Assembly: GCA_903847095.1 (NCBI GenBank)
Contig: CAINCQ010000024.1
Location: 16,628 to 80,627, forward strand
Length of the DNA: 64,000 bases
From: an uncultured bacterium
Lineage (GTDB): Bacteria > Patescibacteriota > Minisyncoccia > Minisyncoccales > UBA5738
Direction of reading: 5' to 3'
Shown here: positions 27,731-35,625 of the stretch, piece by piece
Numbering within the stretch: the first letter of the stretch is position 1
Layout: every line of letters begins with the position of its first letter
The notes under the pieces: model-generated
What the model saw: only the letters and a program-made list of their open reading frames with translations
Told to the model about the DNA's origin: nothing
The model's database searches: none
Position numbers and translations under genes: made by a program

Positions 27731-27770
27731 AATCGCGGTCGCTGAATAAGCGGCTTTTTGTTAGAATAGA
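27731..27770 (+). repeat. Repeat family 1 copy (module B2: terminator + extended -10)
   Basis: AATCGCGGTCGCTGAATAAGCGGCTTTTTGTTAGAATAGAG. TAGAAT at 27762-27767 lies 8 nt before ATG 27776. Confidence 0.7.
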
Positions 27771-27775
27771 GAATA

Positions 27776-28168
27776 ATGCTTATGAAAAAAATATTACCAT
27801 TGAAGCCCAAAGACAGTAGGTCGTGGCGTGATTCCTATTATCACAAATTACTGGGATTGAAAGCGGCAAAAGAAATTGAGCGCGTCCTTCCTATTTTTGA
27901 AAAAGAGATGCCAAATGATGATCGTCCGCGTAAAGCAATGGAAGCAATCAGGGATTGGGCACAGGGGAAGCGAGAATTGGGGATGGCTGAAGTGCGCAAG
28001 CTTTCTCTCGGTTCGCATGCAGCGGCGCGGGGCGTAAAGACGGATGCGGCAAAATTTGTAGCTCATGCCGCTGGGCAAGCTGTCGGTACTTGGCATGTTC
28101 CGACGCATGCTTTGGGGGCTTTTGGCTATGCTGGGAGAGCTTTCGTTGCGAATAAAAACAAAAAATAA
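27776..28168 (+). CDS. Small alpha-helical protein resembling the 'putative immunity protein' type (recollection only)
   Basis: The pattern DDRPRKAMEAIRDWAQGK...GSHAAARG...AAHAAGQAVGTWHVPTHALGAFGYA recalls a family I have seen annotated as putative immunity proteins. Not verified. Confidence 0.55.
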   Translation: MLMKKILPLKPKDSRSWRDSYYHKLLGLKAAKEIERVLPIFEKEMPNDDRPRKAMEAIRDWAQGKRELGMAEVRKLSLGSHAAARGVKTDAAKFVAHAAGQAVGTWHVPTHALGAFGYAGRAFVANKNKK

Positions 28169-28233
28169 TTCATTCTTTGGCATCTCCATTGTTTTTGTTC
28201 CCCGGCAAACCTGGGAATAAAAAAATTAAAATT

Positions 28234-28617
28234 ATGGAAACAGATAAAGGAAAGATTTTTCTTAATACCGTCTTTTGGGGATTTATTCTTTGGCTTTTTG
28301 GTTATGTTTTGGGGTTTGTATTTTTTGCCTTTGTGCCACAAGAAGCCATCGGCTGGCTTATCATGCCTTTGGGAGTGATTGTCACTCTCTGGGTTCTGCT
28401 CAAAAAGATTGAAAGGGATTCGTTTGGTTGCTACGTCGGGCTGGGCGTCATTTGGACGATCATGGCAGTCGCCTTGGATTATATTTTCTTGGTTAAGCTT
28501 TTAAATGCCGCCGACTACTACAAGTTTGATGTTTATTTGTATTACGCTTTGATTTTTTTCTTGCCGGTAGTTACGGGTTGGTATAAATCAAACAAGACAA
28601 AGAGTATTAAAAAATAG
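28234..28617 (+). CDS. Hypothetical membrane protein (4 TM)
   Basis: Start at METDKGKIF; four hydrophobic helices. Confidence 0.6.
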   Translation: METDKGKIFLNTVFWGFILWLFGYVLGFVFFAFVPQEAIGWLIMPLGVIVTLWVLLKKIERDSFGCYVGLGVIWTIMAVALDYIFLVKLLNAADYYKFDVYLYYALIFFLPVVTGWYKSNKTKSIKK

Positions 28618-28765
28618 AATAAAAAAATTTTCCGTTTTTTATATATAAACAAAAATAGTGAACGGCTGGGTAGGGTAAATCATCATTTTTCAACATACTC
28701 CAGGGTGGGAATGTAAATTGTTGAGTCGTTTTTCCTTTTAAAAATAGTTCTAACGTCCTCTACTA

Positions 28766-28826
28766 TGGCAACAAGAGCAGATTTGAACCGCAAAAAGTCG
28801 CTTTAAAAGCGGTTTTTTGTAGAATG
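28766..28826 (+). repeat. Repeat family 1 copy (module B2), preceded by a minus-strand tRNA-3'-end-like fragment
   Basis: TGGCAACAAGAGCAGATTTGAACCGC is the reverse complement of a T-loop/acceptor/CCA-like string GCGGTTCAAATCTGCTCTTGTTGCCA. It is followed by AAAAAGTCGCTTTAAAAGCGGTTTTTTGTAGAATG. Confidence 0.6.
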
Positions 28827-28851
28827 AAACAATGCGTAATAAAATAAATTT

Positions 28852-29084
28852 ATGCCGAAAATAAACATACTAATCGTAATCATACTCTGCTTAAAATAAG
28901 TGCCGGAATTGGTTATTACGCTTCGACAGTTAAAAAATCAGTAATCGTTTGCCGGGAAACGCTAACTTATCCCGAATGTCAGCTTGCAGGCGGCAGTATT
29001 GTTACTAATGAATCTGGCGGATGCAATGGGAAATTCTGCCATCCGACTCCCGCTCCTATGCCCCATTGCGAATGCCAGAAATAA
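28852..29084 (+). pseudogene. Small secreted Cys-rich peptide gene interrupted by a -1 frame change in an A4 run (or sequencing error)
   Basis: MPKINILIVIILCLK stops at TAA. The -1 frame continues ISAGIGYYASTVKKSVIVCRETLTYPECQLAGGSIVTNESGGCNGKFCHPTPAPMPHCECQK*. One extra A in TTAAAATAAG would restore a 77-aa ORF. Confidence 0.45.
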
Positions 29085-29098
29085 AAAACTATTTTTTC

Positions 29099-29175
29099 AA
29101 ACAGGTTCGAGCGTCGTACGCCATTCGACCCGGTTTCAAAAAGTCGCCCGAAAGGCGATTTTTTGGTAAAATAAA
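29099..29175 (+). repeat. Repeat family 1 copy (box A + B2), the copy most similar to the tRNA-His 3' end and flank
   Basis: AAACAGGTTCGAGCGTCGTACGCCATTCGACCCGGTTTCAAAAAGTCGCCCGAAAGGCGATTTTTTGGTAAAATAAA. Confidence 0.8.
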
Positions 29176-29220
29176 TAAACGTATTCAGAGTTTGGTAATG
29201 GTATATAGGTGAATTTATTC

Positions 29221-30252
29221 ATGGACGAAATAAATAAAATTTCATGGAAAGACCGATTGCGCAGTTTTTTTGTTCCTACTTTCTCAAGGAACTATTTGTA
29301 TCTGACGAGCCTGACTCTACTGATATTTTCGTTATTTAACGATAATTTTACGGTTGCGTTCATCTTCATCGCAATGTTTTGGCAGTTGGTGATCGTATTC
29401 GAGGTGTGCGGTGTCCTGTCTATTTACAGCGCGCTTACGGACCGCCCGATGGGGAAGACCACCAAGAATATGATGCTGGTCTATGTCATTGTTTTGAATT
29501 TCATGATTGCCGTAGCTTGTTTTTTTGATGCCACTATTTTTAACAGTCGGTCGGAAATAACCAATCTTTCCTTGATCTTTCCGGCCATTAATGTTCTAGA
29601 TGCCATCCTGCTGTTTTTGCTTTTTAAGGGGGATATTTTGACCGAAAAATCGATCGAAGACGACAAAATAGACATTGTCGAATTGGCTATCGGTTCGGCT
29701 GCCGTTGTTCTGATCTACGCGATCGGTATTTATGTTTGGAGAATCAGCTGGCCGATAGTGTTTTCCATGTGTGTTTTCTATTCAGGGCATATCGGTGAAA
29801 GTTTTTCGGGTTTGTTCCATGGAAAGCCGGTGCTTTTCAGTTCAGTCGTCGGCCCCAAAAAAATGAAAGTGATCTTGGCAGCCATTATCGTGCTGTTTCT
29901 GGCCGGTATGGGCCGCACGTGGTTTATCATTGTGGCCGATAAAATGGCGGAAAAGGATATCGGGTGGTGCGTTTGGATGCCGGATCGGGATACGAAGAAT
30001 GCCTGTTATTCGGCGAATGAGAGGCTGATAAGAGATCCGGCACTGTGCGAGAACATTATCGATTCGTTCAAGCGCGATCAATGTTCCGGGGATGTGGCAG
30101 CGCGTCTCAATGACACGTCGATTTGCGGCCGAATTGAAGATAAGACCGATAATTACCTCTGCTCGCTTAAATTTGGATTCATAGGCGGTTTTTGTTATTC
30201 CGATATCGGTTGCAGAAATGACGCCAAATGCGTCAATAATATTTGTCAATAA
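29221..30252 (+). CDS. Polytopic membrane protein with C-terminal Cys-rich extracytoplasmic domain
   Basis: At least 7 hydrophobic helices, then a segment with about 12 Cys (CVWMPDRDTKNACY...CRNDAKCVNNICQ). ATG 29221 or GTG 29209. Confidence 0.6.
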   Translation: MDEINKISWKDRLRSFFVPTFSRNYLYLTSLTLLIFSLFNDNFTVAFIFIAMFWQLVIVFEVCGVLSIYSALTDRPMGKTTKNMMLVYVIVLNFMIAVACFFDATIFNSRSEITNLSLIFPAINVLDAILLFLLFKGDILTEKSIEDDKIDIVELAIGSAAVVLIYAIGIYVWRISWPIVFSMCVFYSGHIGESFSGLFHGKPVLFSSVVGPKKMKVILAAIIVLFLAGMGRTWFIIVADKMAEKDIGWCVWMPDRDTKNACYSANERLIRDPALCENIIDSFKRDQCSGDVAARLNDTSICGRIEDKTDNYLCSLKFGFIGGFCYSDIGCRNDAKCVNNICQ

Positions 30253-30348
30253 GGGTAGGTGTGTATGCATTACCTATTCTTGACATAATTAAAATTATAT
30301 GATATATTATGATAAATATTTTTTCATTATACGAAGGAGTTTGGAAAC

Positions 30349-30528
30349 ATGAGATTGGTTGCGCTGAATATGGGCGGAAAGGAGTATCTTTCTGCGTTAG
30401 GGGTATTATTACTCTGCCCCAATTGTAACGAAAAGATCGAAGTTAATAGCACGCATGATCAAATGCGATGCTCAAACCAAGCTTGCAAAGAACATAGATG
30501 GGTGCAAACATTAGCGGTAATATCTTAG
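30349..30528 (+). CDS. Small zinc-ribbon protein (59 aa; below ORF-track cutoff)
   Basis: TTGACA at 30285-30290 and GAAGGAG 9 nt before the ATG. MRLVALNMGGKEYLSALGVLLLCPNCNEKIEVNSTHDQMRCSNQACKEHRWVQTLAVIS, with CxxC...CxxxxC. Terminator follows. Confidence 0.5.
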   Translation: MRLVALNMGGKEYLSALGVLLLCPNCNEKIEVNSTHDQMRCSNQACKEHRWVQTLAVIS

Positions 30529-30566
30529 GCATGGTCTTAATCTAGGTTCCCGGGTTTTTGAAAGCA

Positions 30567-30610
30567 TTTTGCCTTGTTCCGATATGGTGGAGCAAGGCAA
30601 ATTTTATTTT
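30567..30610 (+). terminator. Intrinsic terminator
   Basis: TTTTGCCTTG-N16-CAAGGCAAA followed by TTTTATTTT. Confidence 0.7.
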
Positions 30611-30617
30611 ATTGCTT

Positions 30618-30717
30618 CAAAACGGTTCAAACATCGTATATCAGACGACCCTGCCAAGATTTGAAGCCACTTTTCAGGGTAGTTTGGACTCATAATCGCT
30701 TGTTAGGCAGTTTTTGG
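30618..30717 (+). repeat. Repeat family 1 copy (box A + degenerate 3' part)
   Basis: CAAAACGGTTCAAACATCGTATATCAGACGACC...AATCGCTTGTTAGGCAGTTTTTGG. Confidence 0.65.
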
Positions 30718-30861
30718 TTGCTTAACTTCGAGAGATCGATATTGACGTATTAAAATCATAGTTATGTAAGTTTAAGCGGAGGTGTCTTTATAAATAAAAT
30801 AACCATTTCGGCATCTAAGTTCAGCGATATAGCTTGGTATGGTACATTTATCGGCTCAATC

Positions 30862-31143
30862 TTGCTCGGTTTTAAATTCCAAGTCATTTGGTGGGGTGTA
30901 ATCGCATGGGCAATAGCAATGGCTTTCAGTTATTACTTTGCGATAACCAACAATTTTCTGAATGAAGAGACCGACAAACAAAAACGATTTATTGTCGCGG
31001 CGGCTATAGCAACTTTATCCTTAATATTGCTGATATCGGGATATGGTTTGGTATTTATCATATTCTGTGCCGTTGCCGTAATAGTCGCTAAAGCAAATCG
31101 TAATTTGTTACCACGTCTTAGGTTATCCAATATTTCTGGATAA
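30862..31143 (+). CDS. Hypothetical small membrane protein; start uncertain
   Basis: The frame is open from 30754. GGAGG at 30778 is followed 8 nt later by an in-frame ATA. The first canonical start is the TTG at 30862. Three TM helices. Confidence 0.45.
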   Translation: MLGFKFQVIWWGVIAWAIAMAFSYYFAITNNFLNEETDKQKRFIVAAAIATLSLILLISGYGLVFIIFCAVAVIVAKANRNLLPRLRLSNISG

Positions 31144-31183
31144 CCTTTTTTATTCTCAGACGTTTATCTTCATGGGCAATGGA

Positions 31184-31257
31184 TAGCCAAACAGGTAGTA
31201 GTATCGTCCGCCAGACGACTAATCGTCAGAAACCGCTTTTTTGGGCGGTTTTTGGTT
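31184..31257 (+). repeat. Repeat family 1 copy (box A + B1)
   Basis: TAGCCAAACAGGTAGTAGTATCGTCCGCCAGACGACTAATCGTCAGAAACCGCTTTTTTGGGCGGTTTTTGG. Confidence 0.8.
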
Positions 31258-31369
31258 TTGTTGTTTAGGCTTATATTCTAACAGGGTGGTTGTAAGCCAT
31301 TGAAGCATTACATAATATTGACAATTTGTAAATTTTATGTAATAATCTTGAAACTGAGGTGAGTCGGTT

Positions 31370-31894
31370 ATGTCTGAGTCTAAAAATGGAAAAATATTGC
31401 TGATATTAGTAGTGGTATTGGCGGCATATTTGTTCGCAACCTACAATATGTCCACCACGGAGATCATTGTCAAGCGAAGCTGGTGCGGTATGGGTAACGA
31501 GCTGACGGTTTCCGCGTTTCCGGGGAAGACCTTGTATGTTTACATTGACGGCTCGAGCTACGCAGCCCAATTGATGCATGGCAAAGGAGATTTCAGCGAA
31601 TTGCAAATTAATCCCTACTTTGGCAGCGTGGTGGCAGATCCCGATGGCGTTACCGTCAGCATCGAAAAAGAAGCCAGTGTTTCCGCTTATTCTTTGATCT
31701 GGAAGGAGGCAGTCATTAAAAATGGAGATGCTTTTAGCGGTACCGGACGGGATGTCGGATCGTTGCATGTCGCTACTCCGTTAGAAGGATTTGTTTTTTA
31801 CGGGAGAGCAAAATTCGATTTGTATGGCTATAACCAGTCATACGGTACGGAAGATTATATTGAAGTTAAGGCTGAAGACAGCGCGTCTGAATAA
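31370..31894 (+). CDS. Hypothetical secreted/membrane-anchored protein (174 aa)
   Basis: TTGACA at 31318 and GAGGTGAG RBS. N-terminal anchor ILLILVVVLAAYLFA. Confidence 0.6.
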   Translation: MSESKNGKILLILVVVLAAYLFATYNMSTTEIIVKRSWCGMGNELTVSAFPGKTLYVYIDGSSYAAQLMHGKGDFSELQINPYFGSVVADPDGVTVSIEKEASVSAYSLIWKEAVIKNGDAFSGTGRDVGSLHVATPLEGFVFYGRAKFDLYGYNQSYGTEDYIEVKAEDSASE

Positions 31895-31941
31895 CGCTAG
31901 TTCTTCAGCTTTTTTATTATTGTATGCTTACTTTTTACTGC

Positions 31942-32010
31942 GCTAAACAGGTTCAAACATAGTCTGCCGGACAACTAAATTACAGAAACCGCCCGGTTAA
32001 GCGGTTTTTT
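31942..32010 (+). repeat. Repeat family 1 copy (box A + B1)
   Basis: GCTAAACAGGTTCAAACATAGTCTGCCGGACAACTAAATTACAGAAACCGCCCGGTTAAGCGGTTTTTT. Confidence 0.75.
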
Positions 32011-32068
32011 AGCTCACGTACTAATTAAAAAAAGGACACGATATTTCTCGTGTCAACGGTTTTCCGGC

Positions 32069-32326
32069 TTATTTGATATACGGATTATTCGTATAATATG
32101 ATTCACCCGATTTGTTGTAAGCGTAGAGTATTGCGTTAAGAACCGCAAATACTAAAAAAATTATCATGGGGCCAACCATGGCTTTAATGCCTAACGCATA
32201 AATAATTATAGATATTACAAAAAGCACGGTAAACCCAATGCAGAAAAGTGCACAATCATTTGCTCTCCTTTCGTGACCTTCTCGCCGCCTTAAATTTCTA
32301 AGGCGCTTTGATTCCCGCTCATCCAC
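32069..32326 (-). CDS. Hypothetical small membrane protein (85 aa)
   Basis: GTG start with GGAGG upstream and a minus-strand TTGACA-N16-TTAATA promoter at about 32358-32385. Two TM helices. Confidence 0.55.
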   Translation of the reverse strand: MDERESKRLRNLRRREGHERRANDCALFCIGFTVLFVISIIIYALGIKAMVGPMIIFLVFAVLNAILYAYNKSGESYYTNNPYIK

Positions 32327-32657
32327 TTTATCGCCTCCAATTATGGACAGAAAAAAATATTAACATAATAAATTTATTATGTCAAGCTATTGTAATGGTT
32401 CAACAGCTTGTATTCATCTGCTAAGCAGTGAACCATTGCAGTTTTTTGACAAAAAAATATAAATAGCATTTATGTTAGCTAAAGAAATCGGGAGGGCGGT
32501 CAAAGTGAGCTCATTGACTGATTTTATACGTATTCATAGGCTAGCAGGGTGGCAACAAGCTATCGAAGCCTTACCCGATAGTCTTGACAGATAATATTTT
32601 ATATTGTATTATCAGGGCAGTAACTTTACATCAGCTGTGGAGTAAAGGAGGTTTGGT

Positions 32658-33941
32658 ATGAGAAAATTGATATTCGCGTTTATGGTGGTTGCGATCGCAG
32701 TGCTATTTGCGAGCGGATGTATTGGTCAACCAAAGGCTGAGGAGAGATCACCGCTTCCTTGGAATAACAGAATAGTGGGGAATGAATCCTTTGTCGCGTC
32801 CGACGCGCCGATTGCGATAGACTGGATCGACCTTTTTGGTCAGAATTCCATGTTTTTCTTTACCAATCGCGATTTGGTTGCTCACAGAACCATCGTAATG
32901 ATAAAGAAAAAATCGGGCCTTACCGGCTATTCGTTTGAATTACCGGCGGGCAAATCCAATGTCTTGTTAGCGAGCGCCTTTATGGGTACCGAGAGGTTGG
33001 AAATAACGGTCGCAGCTGAAAACATTGAGGTCCAAAAGATCGCCTTCAATTTTACGCCCGGCGGACTTTCTTATGAGAGTTCCAGATATGGTATAGATAG
33101 AAACTGCCAAGCTTTGTCGTGCCGCTGGGCAGGTTATTGGCACGAAAACGGATTATGGACATCGCTTATCAAGGTGAAGGAGATTAATGCCAGCGAAATC
33201 AGCCTGGTAAAAAGGCCTTCCGATAACGTTGCAGCGATCAAAGAGATCAACGACACGCTCTATACGCTTGGCGCAAAGAACGTAAACATCAAGTCCGTTT
33301 ATGCCCAGCCGGTGATGAATTACTATGTTGGGGCAACGGTTACCAGAGGTGCGGTTAAGATCGAAGCAAACTTCTTCCTCCCGGGAAACGTTGCGAAAAA
33401 AGAAATCATTACCGAGGAATTGGGCCAGATTAAGGAATTCGTCGATATTTGCGTTAAGAACGGATACCGGAATTTATCCCTTCGAATGGAACCGCTTACG
33501 GTTCTCTCCTGGCAAGCACAAGAAAGGCAATGGATGGGTAGCGGCTGGCTTCCCCTGGGGAGCGGATTGGCCACGGTATCGCTAACGCAAAACTCGAGCA
33601 TGGTCAGTTCGACGACCACGTCGCCGGCCAAGGAGGATGTTTATACAAGCAACGCCTACATCGAGAAAAAAAATGCCTTAGGCAGACACCTTGTGCTGAA
33701 TACCAATATCAAAGGCGTACAATTAATGCCAGGCCAGAAAATAGGACTGCAATGGGTTAATTGCGGACCGTGTATGTATTGCTACGCAGAAGGCAATCCT
33801 TGCAATTACCGGTATGAAGTCCTCTGGGCAGTAGCGAAATGCCAAGGCGTAATGACCGAAAAGCAACTTGCCGCGGCTCAAAAAGCGATAGAGGAAGAAC
33901 GGGATTGGAAATTGACTTTCGTCAATAACACCGTCATTTAA
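32658..33941 (+). CDS. Putative lipoprotein (427 aa) with C-terminal Cys cluster
   Basis: TTGACA-N17-TATTAT promoter with upstream TG at 32584-32612 and AAGGAGG RBS. Lipobox-like LFASGC. C-terminus NCGPCMYCYAEGNPCNY. Confidence 0.7.
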   Translation: MRKLIFAFMVVAIAVLFASGCIGQPKAEERSPLPWNNRIVGNESFVASDAPIAIDWIDLFGQNSMFFFTNRDLVAHRTIVMIKKKSGLTGYSFELPAGKSNVLLASAFMGTERLEITVAAENIEVQKIAFNFTPGGLSYESSRYGIDRNCQALSCRWAGYWHENGLWTSLIKVKEINASEISLVKRPSDNVAAIKEINDTLYTLGAKNVNIKSVYAQPVMNYYVGATVTRGAVKIEANFFLPGNVAKKEIITEELGQIKEFVDICVKNGYRNLSLRMEPLTVLSWQAQERQWMGSGWLPLGSGLATVSLTQNSSMVSSTTTSPAKEDVYTSNAYIEKKNALGRHLVLNTNIKGVQLMPGQKIGLQWVNCGPCMYCYAEGNPCNYRYEVLWAVAKCQGVMTEKQLAAAQKAIEEERDWKLTFVNNTVI

Positions 33942-34052
33942 AGGCCCTTTTAAGGCCTTTTCTTTTTATTTATCGGGCCAAATGTTGGTTTGTACGGTTT
34001 TTTGTTTGACAAGTTTAATATAAGCAATTATCCTGTTTGAGGAGGTAAAAAT

Positions 34053-34481
34053 TTGCACATAGAGAGGTTAATGGAATATGGGCACGGGGTAGATAATCTT
34101 ACCAGCTTCATTCGTTGGTGGATTACTAATGATGGCCGCAAAGAAGGTGAGGCAAAGGGGCGTAGTCGTATTTATACAATTAGTGCCCGTTATAGCGAAT
34201 TGGACTTGGAGCTTAAAAAAGATGTTATTTTTAGTGATGAGACCCGAGCGCTCAGAAATGGCGAAGTATCTATTTCCGACGGACTCGAAGAGTTTATGAA
34301 AGAGATAAAGAAGTGGTTAAAAGAAAAAACTGCATTAAGTCCTGAGGAAGTAGACGTTGTCCGTTATAGAGATGCCAAAAAACAATTTGGCATGGCAGGT
34401 ATGGGTTTTTTTGTCCGATCCGTTGGCATAACCGATTTGGGATTACTAATTCATACCGACGTTATTGGCATCCCCAAATGA
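34053..34481 (+). CDS. Hypothetical protein (142 aa)
   Basis: TTGACA at 34006, GGAGG at 34041 and a TTG start 7 nt later; no recognisable family. Confidence 0.55.
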   Translation: MHIERLMEYGHGVDNLTSFIRWWITNDGRKEGEAKGRSRIYTISARYSELDLELKKDVIFSDETRALRNGEVSISDGLEEFMKEIKKWLKEKTALSPEEVDVVRYRDAKKQFGMAGMGFFVRSVGITDLGLLIHTDVIGIPK

Positions 34482-34521
34482 ATTCATAATTAGCGAAGCG
34501 GAAGGCTTTGCTATTTTTTTA

Positions 34522-34600
34522 CTAAACAGATTCAAACATCGTCCGTTAGACGACCAAGTTTTAAAGAGTCGCCGAGTAAGCGGCTTTTTGGTAGAATAAA
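34522..34600 (+). repeat. Repeat family 1 copy (box A + B2 with TGGTAGAAT)
   Basis: CTAAACAGATTCAAACATCGTCCGTTAGACGACCAAGTTTTAAAGAGTCGCCGAGTAAGCGGCTTTTTGGTAGAATAAA. Confidence 0.8.
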
Positions 34601-34618
34601 TCAATAATTAAAAAACTA

Positions 34619-35530
34619 ATGATTATTCGTAAGAAACAAGCCGACGAGGTGGATATCGATATGTCTCTTTTGAGCCGGTTGATTGTCGCGCAATTTCCCC
34701 AGTGGGCAGGCCTTCCGATCAGGCCGGTTGAATTAAGCGGGTGGGATAACAGAACTTTTCATCTCGGTGATCATATGACGGTGCGATTGCCCAGTGCGGC
34801 CAGATATGCCCAGCAGGTGGAAAAAGAATACCAGTGGTTACCCAGACTTGCGCCTCATTTGCCCCTGGCGATTCCTGTTCCCTTGGCGATGGGTATTCCG
34901 GCCGCGGGTTATCCCTGGAATTGGTCCGTTTATCGGTGGCTCGAAGGCGAGAACACGACGCTTGAGCGGGTTGTTGATTTACGGGAATTTGCGACTACGC
35001 TGGCTCAATTCTTGACCGCTCTTCAAAAAATCGAGGCTATCGGTGGACCGCCGCCCGGACAACGCAACTTTTTTCGCGGCGGGCCGTTGGCCACTTATGA
35101 CGGAGAAGTCCGGCAAGCGGCCGCAGTCCTCGACGACAAGATCGATACCGGCGCGGTAATCGCGGTTTGGGAAGCGGCTTTAGCGGCGACCTGGCGCGGT
35201 TCACCCGTCTGGTTTCACGGCGACGTCAGCGCAGGGAACTTGCTGGTCAAAGATGGCCGGTTGAGCGCCGTTATCGACTTCGGCTGTTTTGGCGTGGGCG
35301 ATCCTGCCTGCGATCTGTCGGTTGCGTGGACGCTTTTCGAAGGGGAAAGCCGGGAGGCCTTCCGCGCGGCTCTCCATGTCGATGAAGCCACCTGGGCGCG
35401 AGGTTGCGGCTGGACGCTGTGGAAGGCTCTTATTGAGCTTGCCGAACTTCCGGACGTTAACCTCCCAAAAGCAGCAAAAAAGCCTCGGCAAATAATCGAC
35501 GATATTTTGGCCGACCATAATACCTTTTAG
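34619..35530 (+). CDS. Aminoglycoside/small-molecule phosphotransferase (APH / protein-kinase-like fold)
   Basis: Catalytic loop FHGDVSAGNLLV and metal-binding segment VIDFGCFGVGDPACDLSVAW. Visibly more GC-rich than its flanks. Confidence 0.85.
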   Translation: MIIRKKQADEVDIDMSLLSRLIVAQFPQWAGLPIRPVELSGWDNRTFHLGDHMTVRLPSAARYAQQVEKEYQWLPRLAPHLPLAIPVPLAMGIPAAGYPWNWSVYRWLEGENTTLERVVDLREFATTLAQFLTALQKIEAIGGPPPGQRNFFRGGPLATYDGEVRQAAAVLDDKIDTGAVIAVWEAALAATWRGSPVWFHGDVSAGNLLVKDGRLSAVIDFGCFGVGDPACDLSVAWTLFEGESREAFRAALHVDEATWARGCGWTLWKALIELAELPDVNLPKAAKKPRQIIDDILADHNTF

Positions 35531-35625
35531 GGGAAGTTCGGACCGAACGTTATTCGCAGTAGTTTTGGCTTGACATTAACCCATTTTAATATATTCTACG
35601 TGTAGAACTTTTTAAAGGTGAAAGA

